Shown here one piece after another: positions 1-11,213 of a stretch of 64,000 nt of DNA. The translations under genes were made by a program, and so were the position numbers. Source of the stretch: Halocafeteria seosinensis (taxonomy: Eukaryota); contig LVLI01000005.1 in the NCBI GenBank assembly GCA_001687465.1, positions 1 to 64,000 on the forward strand. Reading direction: 5' to 3'. How positions within the stretch are numbered: position 1 is the first letter of the stretch; every line of letters starts with the position of its first letter. Under the pieces are notes generated by a model. It made no database searches. It had not been told where the DNA came from and worked only from the letters and a program-made list of their open reading frames with translations.

Positions 1-274
1 TTTTTCCCCGCCTGTCTGTTTCCGTTCTCTGGAACACACAAATCAACAATGCCACATGATGAACCATTCGCGTAGTTCCTGGGCTACCCAATCCAATCAC
101 ATTAGCTAATACTAGGGCTTATAGTGTTTATACCACTTAACGAGCTGAATTTTAGTAGTCTTTGCAGTACTGATGTGATTGATAATCTAGTGTCGTGCAG
201 TGTACTATTGTGGTTTTAATCTCACGTAGGTACTCACCTGTTGCATCTTAGGGGAATATTGTTAATCGCCTAAA

Positions 275-1429
275 ATGCTGTCGACAAAGATGCTGAGGCA
301 AGGGCTCTCCGCCGTGGCTCGTCAGAACTCCGTGGCGACGCCATTGGCCGCCGTGGCGAATAATTTGAGCAACACAGGCTGCATGCAGTATCACTCACAT
401 ACAGGTAAGTCGAGTGATCCGGTTGTGCGCATTGGAAATGAACGAGAAAGCATGAGGGAAGAGAGCTGGGTTACTGGAAGGCAGCGTGGCGCATTCTACG
501 CTCATTTGCTTGGCTTTTGCTTCGGTTTCTCTCGTCGTGAATGCTCGCCATTGGTGCCGTTATGTCGTTATCTTTAATGGGAAGCGCGCTATTATTAGGT
601 GCAAAAAAAATAATCGTACTATGACTGTCTGGAGCCTCCAAAGGGAACGTGAAGGGCGCGAAAATAACAAAAAGTATCAGGAGGGAGGACCAAGGGGGGA
701 AACGGCGGAACAGAGGTTGAAGGGGGAACTGGCCCACTCGTGTTCTTGAGGATTCCTGGTGTAGATTCTTTCAGTCACGTATTTTGACAATTCTGTTTGT
801 TCGTTGTCGCAGCCAATATGTCCAATGCTGCTTCCTCCGATAAAGCATTGGAATCGGTTGGATTGGATTATGGCTCCGTGGATAATTACTTTGAGAAGGC
901 CAGGCTTCCACCCGGAGAGCAGACTAACAAGAGAGCGTTTACTTACTTCGTTTTGGGCAGCGCTAAGTTCATGTGGGCATCAGCAGTTAGGCTTGCAGTT
1001 GTGCGAACAGTTGCTACAATGAGTGCATCTGCCGATGTGTTGGCATTGGCCAGTTTAGAGGTTGACTTGTCGGGAGTTGACGAAGGCGCATGCCTAACAG
1101 TTAAGTGGCGAGGAAAACCTGTTTTCATTAAACGCCGCTCTGAATCTCAGATAAAGGAAGTACGCGAAGAACCAGTTAAATACTTGCGGGATCCTCAAAC
1201 AGATGAAGAGCGAGTACAAGACCCTCAGTGGCTCATTGTCCTTGGAATCTGCACCCACTTGGGTTGCGTACCGATTCCGAATGCAGGTAATTACAAAGGG
1301 TGGTTCTGCCCTTGCCATGGTTCTCATTATGATGGAGCTGGACGTATTCGCCAAGGACCTGCTCCTCTTAACTTAGAAATCCCGCCGTACAAATTCACTG
1401 AAGGTGGAAACAAGGTGGTAATTGGTTAA
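275..1429 (+). CDS. RIP1: Mitochondrial cytochrome bc1 Rieske iron-sulfur protein (exons 275-404, 813-1429)
   Basis: CTHLGC and CPCHGS Rieske motifs, GPAPLNL; targeting-like exon 1 joins in frame across intron GTAAGT(405)..CGCAG(812). Confidence 0.97.
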
Positions 1430-1779
1430 GGCTAATGACCGACGACGAAACATAATATATTTAACTTTCAACCTTTCCTCTGCTAAAACTTTAAGTGTAC
1501 AATAAGGATCCCATGAAGCCAATAGCTTTCTCAAGTTACGGCAGCACATTGTATACAGAGTGTCGAGCGGGGTTCCTCAGCTCAGCTGAGCCAGCTCACA
1601 ACTCAAATTCACAAAATGAAGTTCACATTTGACTTGTTTTACAAGTTGTTAGCCATGCTGTCAATAGCACCGGCTGATGCATAGGGGCATGATCATGTTA
1701 TTTGGATAGATAACCCATTATCTTTTGTTCAGTCCAATCGGTACTTCGTGGTGGTACAAAACCCCGGTGGATAAGCATC

Positions 1780-4700
1780 ATGTCGGCTTCTCCAGTAGAG
1801 AATGTACAAGACTTACGGAAGCAAATCAGTCGGTGGAAGAAGGAGTTTAAGGAAGAACAGGGGAGAGAACCAACGAAAGCTGATATTGATACCACACCGA
1901 GGGTGAAGAGCATGCTTCGAGCTCTTCAGAAGAGTGCATCGTCTACTTCTTCGACGACTGCAAAATTCAAACCGACTGAGGACAGCATGGAAGCTCCCAT
2001 GGCAGGAGACTCAAAGACTACCAAGCCATTGTACGTTTCGAAATCAAAGAGAAGGAGGTTAATGTTACAGAGCGAAACTGCACTACCCTCCAACAGTAAG
2101 AAGAAGCTCAAACAAGAATCATCAACGGCTGCTCCCGAGAAGCCCTCGGAGGATAAGGAAAACGAACCAAAGAAAGAAAAACAGGACCCTTATGCCAAAG
2201 CGACTGAAAATGCTGTCGAGAAGGAACCTCCCAAGAAAATCATTGCAGCTTCAAAACTGGCCAATGACAAGATCAAACGCCTGCACAGACTTTCGGATGG
2301 CTACAACTCTTTCCACTCACTACGTGCAAGCGACAACAATCACAACTCAACAAAATTCCTTGGCTCCTCTCAAGCACCGAGCACAAAGGATGCAAACCTT
2401 ACAAAGCTAAACTTAAGGAGAAAGAGCTGGAAACCGAATAAGAGGAGTCATAAGAAAAAGGGATACTTTCCGAGACGTTTCACTAGTTTCACAGATAAAG
2501 TTATTGCTCGCGATATGCTCTTCTCCATGTTCACTGAAGCATCTTGTTTCGCTCCGCCAACACAGGCCATGGAAGCTTTACTGGAGCAGGGTTATATTGT
2601 TGATCCTCACGAAGAATGCAAGTACGTTCCCAAGTGTAGTGGCCATGCCCTGAAAGCGGCGCAACGTACCGTTCAAAAGAAGAATAGCAACTTTGGACGT
2701 AAGTTCTACTGCTGCGGGTTGGGCCGACAAGACAGGTGTAACTTCTTCATGTGGGAGGAAGATAATGTAGGAAAGACGTATGTCAAAGCTAAGCGGGCAA
2801 TCGAAGGCGAAAAGAGTAGTGCCGAAGTCAATGAAGGATCCCGTCGAAACGAGGAAAGTTGCAACCAGATTACCCTCTCTAGCGGATCGGACACCGAATC
2901 TGAGATAGAAGACACTCACGAAGCGACCGCTAAGACTTCTACTGGGAAAAATAGCAAGCTAACACTCAGGAGGCTGCTCAAGGAGCACCAAGATGGCTCC
3001 TGGATTACCGTCCAGAATATGGGGCAGACAACTACCGAATTGAAAGCGTTCCTAAGCGAAGCAAAGCCGGGGTCGACGACGGTGCATCTCCTTTCACAGG
3101 CTTCAATTACGACGGAGGAAACTGCCTCGGTTTTTGGTGACTCTGTTTTTCTCCACCCGTATATGATGGCTAGCATGATTTACCGATTAATTGAGCAGCT
3201 TTGCTGTGTATCATCCAGCGGCACCCATATTGTAGTGTCTGACGAGTTTCTATTGTCAAACTACGGCGGCTTGTTTCACCAGAAATCGTCGAATTTTGGT
3301 GAAATAATCATAGTACTTCACGAGGCGGATGCCCTGTGCCACAAAGGTTCTCGGTTCGAGATGAAAATGGTGCACGCTACTAATGAACTTTGTAACGCGT
3401 TCAGACCTACATCGATTGTGACATTGAGACAACGACAAAGCCTATGTAGTTTGGACGAACGTGACCTAATAACCACTGCAAGAAACTTCTACCGCGAAGA
3501 ATGCAGGCTGGAATGTCGCGACATTTCTCTTCGGGTGATACCGACAACTAAACATGTGAAACACCAGCAACTCCTGGAGCTGTTCACGGGTAGCAAAAAG
3601 AAAGTCAAATCTGTGATGATTATAGTGGGAAATGCGAAAGCTGCGGACAACTTAACACGCATCTTTTCAGACCATGGAATCGAAGCTAAGGCATATCATA
3701 AATGGACGACACCCAAACAGAAGGAATCGATATTTGCCAGGTTTGCGGGAAAGAAGCTCTCCGCCGTTGTATGCACCCTCGAGAGTCTCCACTCGGAACT
3801 TATCACAGCATCTTCTACATTGGTTCTGACATCCGCTGTTTTCCGTTCAGAGGTGTGGGATACCATTTTTTGTGGCAATACAAAGTTTCCTCCTCTGGTA
3901 ATCAAATGGTTTGTACCCGCCGAGCAACCCGGCTCTTCGAAAGAACTAGCCCAGGACATACGGGCGGCAGCGAGTCAGAAACCCGGTCCTGTTTCGCCCT
4001 CCTTCTTGATTGCTTACTGCAAGTACGTACATGATGTAATGTCATCTGCGACCAAGGGCCTTTCAAAGGGCACTGGATCGTTTTCCCACGATTTTCTTCA
4101 TGAAGTGCTCGGCATCGATGTAGCTGATTTCCTAGACCTGGTTTTGGCAGACGGTCCGGCATGTACAGATGTGAATACTGACGCCCCAAAGTATTGTAAG
4201 TTGAGGATCAAAACCAATAAGTTGCATCAGCATGTCCGGGAAGACCCAGTCTTTTCTCGCCTCTTCGGAATAGCACTGCTAATGGAAGAAAGCGGTTTTG
4301 TAAAAACGTCGAAGGTCGTCAAAGAGGGTCATATTGACCAACTCCAGAAGGTGATTGCCGAAACGGTCACAGAGGAGTACATGAATATTGCGGAAGTTGT
4401 TGGTAGCTATCGAAGCGCGATTAAGCAGTTATGCGACATAGACTTATTTGAAGAAATCCCGTTTGATGGTTTCTTCGTAACGCTAGTATCGGAGCAGACA
4501 TTGGACTTCCGATTGGATATTGCAATGTTGTGCCTTCTCTGGGCGTGCTCTCCTAGGGAAGCAAGAGTGTATCTCCCGCTACTTCCGTACGAAGAAATCG
4601 CGTGGGAGGACGTATCCATAGAGTTCCATTGGAGGACATCTGAAGATACCCAGAGAAAGAGGTTTTCCCAATTTGCGTACTTTCCCCTCTTGCATGAATT

Positions 4701-5271
4701 TGAAGAAATGAACTTTCAAAAACAAATGTCGCAGATACGACAGAGGAAAGGAAACTCTTCAGTAAGCCATGATAATTCAGGCCTTGTCGTCAACGCCTTG
4801 AGCATGCCTCCGTTAAGTACTCCTGAAAGTTCTTTAGTCTCACCCAATTTCCAAAGGAAACTCCGCGAACTCGTTTCTGAGGTATTATCACGATGGTCTG
4901 ATGAAATGATCCTCAACGACGACTGGGAAGGAACACCAGAGGCCCTCTTACTCCAGCAGTTCTTGGAGAATTCTCCTATTATGACTGACTTGTATCCTCA
5001 TTTATCAAAGAAGTATCAAGGTCTAGAAGACATCAAGCGAAAAGTTAAGTTTCTTCGCTTTAACTGCTCGAACATGTTGTATGCGTTATGGGACCTTCAG
5101 GCGAACCATGACGATGATGTTGCCTGCGCTGTTGTCTGTGGACTAACAGAATTGTCTTATGGACAAGCCCTGGCACTGCTCAGCGAGTGCATCGATAATT
5201 GGTGGGATGCCAATTACTTCGACGCGGAAGAAGACGCCGATGAAACAGATCACGCAGGTAGATCAATGTAG
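1780..5271 (+). CDS. RECQL4/Sld2-like protein: Sld2-type N-terminus, GRF zinc finger, degenerate RecQ helicase core
   Basis: LRKQISRWKKEFKEEQGREPTKADI (RECQL4/Sld2 N-terminal pattern), NLTKLNLRRK, CSGH..NFGRKFYCC..RCNFFMW (zf-GRF), GIEAKAYH..FAGKKLSAVVCT (RecQ HelicC-like); single 1163-aa ORF. Confidence 0.8.
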   Translation: MSASPVENVQDLRKQISRWKKEFKEEQGREPTKADIDTTPRVKSMLRALQKSASSTSSTTAKFKPTEDSMEAPMAGDSKTTKPLYVSKSKRRRLMLQSETALPSNSKKKLKQESSTAAPEKPSEDKENEPKKEKQDPYAKATENAVEKEPPKKIIAASKLANDKIKRLHRLSDGYNSFHSLRASDNNHNSTKFLGSSQAPSTKDANLTKLNLRRKSWKPNKRSHKKKGYFPRRFTSFTDKVIARDMLFSMFTEASCFAPPTQAMEALLEQGYIVDPHEECKYVPKCSGHALKAAQRTVQKKNSNFGRKFYCCGLGRQDRCNFFMWEEDNVGKTYVKAKRAIEGEKSSAEVNEGSRRNEESCNQITLSSGSDTESEIEDTHEATAKTSTGKNSKLTLRRLLKEHQDGSWITVQNMGQTTTELKAFLSEAKPGSTTVHLLSQASITTEETASVFGDSVFLHPYMMASMIYRLIEQLCCVSSSGTHIVVSDEFLLSNYGGLFHQKSSNFGEIIIVLHEADALCHKGSRFEMKMVHATNELCNAFRPTSIVTLRQRQSLCSLDERDLITTARNFYREECRLECRDISLRVIPTTKHVKHQQLLELFTGSKKKVKSVMIIVGNAKAADNLTRIFSDHGIEAKAYHKWTTPKQKESIFARFAGKKLSAVVCTLESLHSELITASSTLVLTSAVFRSEVWDTIFCGNTKFPPLVIKWFVPAEQPGSSKELAQDIRAAASQKPGPVSPSFLIAYCKYVHDVMSSATKGLSKGTGSFSHDFLHEVLGIDVADFLDLVLADGPACTDVNTDAPKYCKLRIKTNKLHQHVREDPVFSRLFGIALLMEESGFVKTSKVVKEGHIDQLQKVIAETVTEEYMNIAEVVGSYRSAIKQLCDIDLFEEIPFDGFFVTLVSEQTLDFRLDIAMLCLLWACSPREARVYLPLLPYEEIAWEDVSIEFHWRTSEDTQRKRFSQFAYFPLLHEFEEMNFQKQMSQIRQRKGNSSVSHDNSGLVVNALSMPPLSTPESSLVSPNFQRKLRELVSEVLSRWSDEMILNDDWEGTPEALLLQQFLENSPIMTDLYPHLSKKYQGLEDIKRKVKFLRFNCSNMLYALWDLQANHDDDVACAVVCGLTELSYGQALALLSECIDNWWDANYFDAEEDADETDHAGRSM

Positions 5272-6637
5272 TCCGAAAAATACTTCCTTTGACGGCACAA
5301 TACCAAGCGGAAGCCTATCGTAAGATTCGTACAGTGGCTAGGTGATGCAGAATTCCGAACCTTTCCTTGGTATTCTTCAACAAAGCGTTGCTGGGTGATT
5401 TTCCATAATACTAACGGAGAAAATGTGAGATCCAAAACCTCCTTGACCATCCTTCGATTGAGCTCAGGCATGGCCCGGCTTGCTAGCGCTGGTCCGTCAT
5501 TCAGCTCGAGAACACTGAAGTCGCCATTTTTCTTGGGAAGCAAATCCAGTCCGAATACCTCAAAGCAGTTCTTCATGGGCATGAAAGCACCACTATTTGG
5601 GGCTTCGCTCCGACTGAGCGTTGCGGCGAAGATAGAGCATACGATTCGACGACATTCTTGCCGTATTCCCTCACAATTCTGACACTTCGGGTCCCACCAG
5701 CTGCCATCAGAGTAATTTGTAATGCTGTAAGAATTAAATAAGTTCTCTAATGTAACGCTATCCCCGTTGCTGTTTTGCGAGTGGTTAGTGACCCAGAAAT
5801 TAAGTCCAGTATATTGCGGACTTGCTATGTGACAGAGTACCTCGTCATGCACGTATACGCAAAGATTGCCAATCGCCACCAAGTTCACGCGGAGAGACAT
5901 TTTTCTACCATTTGCTAACACCGTGTCACTCACACATTGCTGGAGCATCCATGACCCTGATCGCTCACCCTGACTGAGACTTGGGATAATGTGGAGCGTA
6001 CTTTCCAGCTCTTTTGAACCGTGGGCAAATGATACGTCAAGCCCGTTTGAGCCTCTGGAATGTTTAATAACGTAACAAGTCGTATCCTGTCCTTTGTGTC
6101 CCAGTTCTTGCTCGAGGCTTCTCGCATCTAGCGTTGTAAAGTCCTGTGGAAGTGTAACTGTTGGTATGTACACACGTTGCAAGGTTTCGCGAAAATTATC
6201 GTCGATCAGCCAATATGTGCCGCTGACGGAATTCTTTGCTTCCTTTGTTTCTCCCTGGTGTATCGCGTTGTAGATCATGTGCTGAAGTTTATCCTTATGC
6301 GTCAGTGCGCTTCGGATGTAATAACTGGAAACTACTAGGTCCGAATCTTCAAAGAAGCGCTTCCAGTTAATTTTAGAGAAAGGAACCCACTGCGCCCTCA
6401 TTAGGAAATAGTTTCAATACGTAACATTCCAGTGGTGTTAGCCAGTCACTGACTTACTTGAAAAACACATTCTGGGTCATAACCCAAAGTAAGCCGCACA
6501 TGCACTCTGCCATCAGACTCTACACATGTAGATTCCGCGGTATTGTCCTCTTGATTGTAAGCTAATAAACAGTCGCGAATATTGCTCTGCATAAGAGGGA
6601 CTGTAGAACGACCGTCTACACCTAGGATGGCAGCCAT
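5250..6637 (-). CDS. Tubulin-tyrosine ligase family ATP-grasp protein (2 exons, intron ~6391-6457)
   Basis: SALTHKDKL, VIKHSRGSNG, LQQCV..GRKMSLRV, VTNHSQ, CFEVFGLDLL, VLELNDGP. Confidence 0.85.
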
Positions 6638-6791
6638 TACGGCTGTATGAGCCTATCAAAGCTGCCTCAGAGTCATGCTCCTACAATTACCGGTACTATG
6701 CAGATTTCCAGACCCCTAGGGACATTATCTCGTACATGAGAGTAAATTAGAGTGAAACATTTTTTTAAGCTTTTTTTTTTTTTAACAACCC

Positions 6792-8165
6792 ATGTCTCAA
6801 CGACAACGAAAATTGGAGCAGAAATCGGTGGTAACGCTGCGAGGGATACCCGTGTTGGCAGAGGAGGCCAAAGTGATAGAATGGCTCCAAAATGAATACG
6901 GCGCTATGGGAGCAACCGTCGCCTCCCCCACTTCAAAATTACGTGGCATGGCGTTCGTCGATTTTGCAACACCGGACCAAGCGCAACACGCTGCAGCAAT
7001 TCTGCATGGAACATACTTTGAAGGGTCCCGAATTAAAGCATCTATGAAGAAAGACAAGTGCAGCTCCAAGAGAAAGGCACTCACCTCACCAGAGACGTCC
7101 TCGTCCCCAACTGAGGTTACCCAATCTTTTATCAAGCGCCAGAGAAGCCAGAGCCATCGAAGGCCTCAGGGCTGGAAGTTGGTGGCCGCTTCCAGAGTGT
7201 GCCAAGTATCCGTTGCCTCATACCAAACCCCGACCCACAGCAGTCGGGGAATTGATCATTTAGCAACCAACCAACTCCCTGGAATCAAGAATGGGAACAG
7301 TCACAGGATATCAACTACATCAAAATGGATCGCAAATGGTTAGTGCGTCGTTGTTCTTCTGTTCACACACACACCTCTGAGCGTACTGTCACCATGGATG
7401 CAGTGGTCACCTCGCACCCGCTAGTGTACTCTAAGATACTAGGCGTATTGCGCGATGCAGGACTGTATGGCCCTTTTCCACCGTCGCGAAATGGGCACGG
7501 CGAAGATGCTACATCAGCTCCGATGACTAACGGAGAGCTTCAGAAACGTGATATATCACTAGAAGAGATTGCCCAACAATGGACAGGTTCAGCGCACCTC
7601 GAGCTAGATCAGTGGAAATGCTGGGTTAATCAAGGAAAAATAAAGCCATGGTTTGGACGGCAGTTGATGGAGGAAGGCACCGTGCTCCCTGAGGGTACGT
7701 TTCGGTTCGAATATATTGTTCCGCTCCAGATGACGCTTCCATGTGGCGGCCACTGCAGATCCTAAGATAAGACAGCTGTTTGCAGACCATCAACCGGGTC
7801 CGCCAAATAATTGCCTTTATTTGAAGAATCTCCCCATTCCAAGAACCTCAGGCCGCCGATCGAAGCAAGAAACGAAGGAGAAACGAGAAAAAGTCTTAAA
7901 CTTCTATCTCCTTCGGCTCTTCGGAGGTTTCGTGTCTCCCCAGCATCATACCACGCCGAGGAGTATTGTGTTGTGTGTCAAAGCATTCGTTGCTGGCAAA
8001 ATGCGAGGTCAAGCTTTCATTAGCTATAAAACGACGCTAGAGGCGCACATCGCCCTAAGAGCGCTGCAGGGATACTATGTGAGCATCGATCCCACCGAAG
8101 AAGGGCCCTGTATACGACCACGAAGTAGTCCAGTTCTGATTGGTTTCAAACAAATTATTCCATAG
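6792..8165 (+). CDS. RNPC3: Two-RRM protein, U11/U12 snRNP 65K-like (3 exons)
   Basis: RRM1 RGMAFVDF; middle HPLVYSKILGVLRDAGLYGPF; RRM2 PGPPNNCLYLKNL..GKMRGQAFISY..ALQGY; GT-AG introns at ~7339-7403 and ~7695-7758 join three ORFs. Confidence 0.72.
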
Positions 8166-8664
8166 GACGAAAAGGCACTTCTGAGAACCCATTGATAAAT
8201 GTCATTCATGCAAAGTTCGAGAAGACCGATGGGAGCCAGAAGAAGAGTCAGCAAAATCTCCTACGTACCGACAACAACAAAAGCGATGTTCCGCGTTTAG
8301 AGCGCTTTCAGCAACTTTGTAAAAGATTTGTAGCTCTGAGTTAGGAAATAACTCGAATCATTACTTGTAGAGGTTTTTGAAGTTAATTTCCACGTTTATA
8401 CACAAGCGAGTACAACTCTTTGCAGAAGTTCAACAGGGAAACGGACTATCTGATTACTCGATGAGAAGCTTACGTGGCTCACTAGGGGCGAGGGCTTGAG
8501 GAGGTTGGGTTAGCGGCACCTGAGGCTGTCTAGCACAGATGAAATTAATTAATAACGTGTTGTTATATTTAAGTAGGCTTGCTACGCGTTGAAACCATAC
8601 AGAGACCGTCGTGGGTACTGTCTCCCAAATAACGTCTAAAGAGGGACAGCCGTACGTACAAGGA

Positions 8665-10266
8665 TCATTGCGCCTCTTNTTGTTCCTCCCCGCCACATCC
8701 AAAATCCGTGGGACAACCGTACGTGCAAGGATCCATTGCACCAGGACATCCAGGTGCACACACGTCGTTAAGACAAGGATCGACAAGTGACGCAGTAGGA
8801 CTTGGAGATGAAGAAGGTGGTGTGCTAGCACTCGGTGAAACGGAGGAAGAAGCAGACGCGCTAGCACTCGGTGAAACCGAGGAAGAAGCAGACGCGCTAG
8901 CACTCGGTGATTCTGACGATGAAGGTGAGGGTGTAGCACTCGGTGATTCTGACGATGAAGGTGAGGGTGTAGAACTAGGGGTTACTGTGGGACTAGACGA
9001 CGACGATGGTGATGGTGATGGAGATGCAGTTGGTGAAATGTCATTGTCTTCATCAGTGCTTCCCACCAATGGAATCCAATTGACATCCCTCCCAACTATT
9101 TTCAAGACAGAAGGATCCTGCGACGATGCACCGGTCTGACCCTGGCAATTGTATCGGAAGTCTAAAACTCCATCTCCGTTGACGTCCTTGAGCTCCCCAT
9201 CTCCAAGCGGAACACATCCTCCTCCCGAAGCAAGTATGTGTCCAGTGCCAACGCGGAGGCTTTGAACGGCAACAGATGTAGCGTCAAAGTATTGGTCGCT
9301 AAAGATACTCACAGAGAACACGTTTTCTGCTAGCGATCGATCTTTGGCTTCGGTCGCCCTCAGTCGTGGAAAGCGCCCGCGTCTTCGCCCCCGCCCTCCC
9401 CTTCCTCTTCCAGCTGGTGGACCTCTACCTCTGCCACGAGAACGACGACTACCTCGTCGCCTGTCACGCCGTGAACGTCTATTCCTTCTGTCTCTTCGCC
9501 GGCCTCTCTCATCATTTTCTTCCTCATCTTCGTCATCCTCGGTATTTTCTTCATCAGCATCCGTTTCATCTTCGTCATCCTCGGTATCTTCTTCATCACC
9601 TTCGTCACCATTGTTCTCACCATCGATGGGATCAACTGCTAGAGAAGCTAAGTGAGCAACCGTTATACGCTTGGTTTCAGACCCAGCTCCTCCATCATTG
9701 TCAGCCACAAGTGATAGCAATGTAAAATTTCCACCATGCTCGAAGACGTGAGACGACGTCAACACCCTGACATCCCCTACGGAAGTGAAAGAGTCTGAAG
9801 TCTCCGATCCATCACCCCAATTAATCACGCCTGAAAGAGTGTCCGATACACCTGGATCGGTGGCGAGAACTAAGAACTCCATTGGAGAACCGCGAACTCG
9901 TTCGCCAGTAACAAATAAATCAATGATTGAGGGAGCAACGTTCTCCACTTCGAGAGAAAACTCCTCCTCTGCAATCTTTCCGTCGTTGTCTGTGACTGAC
10001 ACCCTCACGGTTTGGCTGTTTGCGGGTCCATCAAGAGGCTTATAGCTCCAAACCCACTGCGCCTCAGAGACGGTGCTCACTTCTCCGACGCTAGCTAGTA
10101 GGGTTCCGTGAGATGGAGTGTACCTTCCAAGGTTGTATGCTTGACTACCCTCCTTAACAGTCAGCTGCTTTTTCGCTGAACCCACGTTCGCAGCAGTCAC
10201 TCGGAGGGTGGCCACGCATAGTAGTGGTATGCTGTACAGCAAAGAAAAACGCGCTACGCTGCCCAT
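8665..10266 (-). CDS. Secreted/surface protein with bacterial-type Ig/PKD modules, acidic-basic insert, Ser/Pro stalk and Cys-rich tail
   Basis: Signal-like MGSVARFSLLYSIPLLCVATLRVTAA; VENVAPSI, ATDPG, INWGDGS, DNDGG; DVNGDGVLD; intronless; 3' end uncertain because of N at 8679. Confidence 0.75.
   Translation of the reverse strand: MGSVARFSLLYSIPLLCVATLRVTAANVGSAKKQLTVKEGSQAYNLGRYTPSHGTLLASVGEVSTVSEAQWVWSYKPLDGPANSQTVRVSVTDNDGKIAEEEFSLEVENVAPSIIDLFVTGERVRGSPMEFLVLATDPGVSDTLSGVINWGDGSETSDSFTSVGDVRVLTSSHVFEHGGNFTLLSLVADNDGGAGSETKRITVAHLASLAVDPIDGENNGDEGDEEDTEDDEDETDADEENTEDDEDEEENDERGRRRDRRNRRSRRDRRRGSRRSRGRGRGPPAGRGRGGRGRRRGRFPRLRATEAKDRSLAENVFSVSIFSDQYFDATSVAVQSLRVGTGHILASGGGCVPLGDGELKDVNGDGVLDFRYNCQGQTGASSQDPSVLKIVGRDVNWIPLVGSTDEDNDISPTASPSPSPSSSSSPTVTPSSTPSPSSSESPSATPSPSSSESPSASASASSSVSPSASASASSSVSPSASTPPSSSPSPTASLVDPCLNDVCAPGCPGAMDPCTYGCPTDFGCGGEEQXEAQ
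8824..8975. repeat. Coding tandem repeats (~33-36 bp units) encoding the Ser/Pro/Ala stalk
   Basis: Repeated TAGCACTCGGTGA units, e.g. GCTAGCACTCGGTGAAAC(G/C)GAGGAAGAAGCAGAC twice and GCACTCGGTGATTCTGACGATGAAGGTGAGGGTGTA twice. Confidence 0.9.
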
Positions 10267-11173
10267 GCTGTCTCTGCAACGATAGACATGAAACGTAGGT
10301 ATGTCACACCATGGTTGTACGTTTAAATGAAAGCGAACGATTTCCCAGCATGCAAGAACGCAACGGATCTTACTGGGTTGCACTAGTTTCGATGGGCAAT
10401 GATGCTGAGTATTGCGGGAATATTCCCAAAGGTACGTGGTCAGCGAACCGTTGGAGTCCTAAACCCGATCGTCCGAAGAGACTAGCAGGATTGAACACTC
10501 CCGATACATAATTGTACAGGTAGATTTAGATTATCCCTTCTCCAAACTGTAGCGTACTCTAAACCACATGTCATGGGACTGCCCCTCTCGTACCATCCTT
10601 TCGCTACCACCGGAGTTGCGTTCTCAGGAAAACTGTTGCACCTAACAGATGCCCCAAAATGGTTGGCAACGACCCTCGGAGCTGATCAGTGAGCTCTATT
10701 TGGGGAAAGTCACAAATGATTGTTTCATTCCCGGTAAACTCCTTATCATAGGACCTTATGTGAGCTTCAAATTCTATCAGAGATCCAGTGTAGTTCCGTT
10801 GGGAACGTAGGACTTACCATGCACTACACACAGATATGGTTGGCGCTTTTGTCCTCTTAATATTGAAAGCTATCTCCTTCCTGTTAACTTGTACCAACGT
10901 TTTGAAAACAAGTTCTATCCTTTAATGCAAATCGTGTACCCATCAACGCAAAGCTTTCCAGCAGTGTCACACTGTCCCGGCTCAGTGGACACTGAGTGGA
11001 GCCTTCCCAGCTGGGCTGGGCAGTGCTGCCGCAGTGGGCAGGTTCCCGAAAACCGTTCTCCAGTCCGGACTCCGCACTGCGCAGCTGTTGAACCAAAGAC
11101 TGGTCCAAAGTCCATCTGAGAATGGTTGTACCCAGTATTCTGGGTCTCACAGAACTTCACACACTGCTGGGGC

Positions 11174-11213
11174 CACACACACACACACACACACGCATAC
11201 ATGTGACAGATAG
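11174..11213 (-). mobile_element. TG-tailed repeat, copy C (3' terminus of putative non-LTR element; may extend to ~11570)
   Basis: (CA)n followed by ATGTGACAGATAG, the same 13-mer as copies at ~55087 and 60721. Confidence 0.5.

Noticed and set aside
8708..9725. Plus-strand ORFs opposite the PKD-like gene, and similar antisense ORFs elsewhere
   Set aside because: Shadows of low-complexity coding sequence on the other strand
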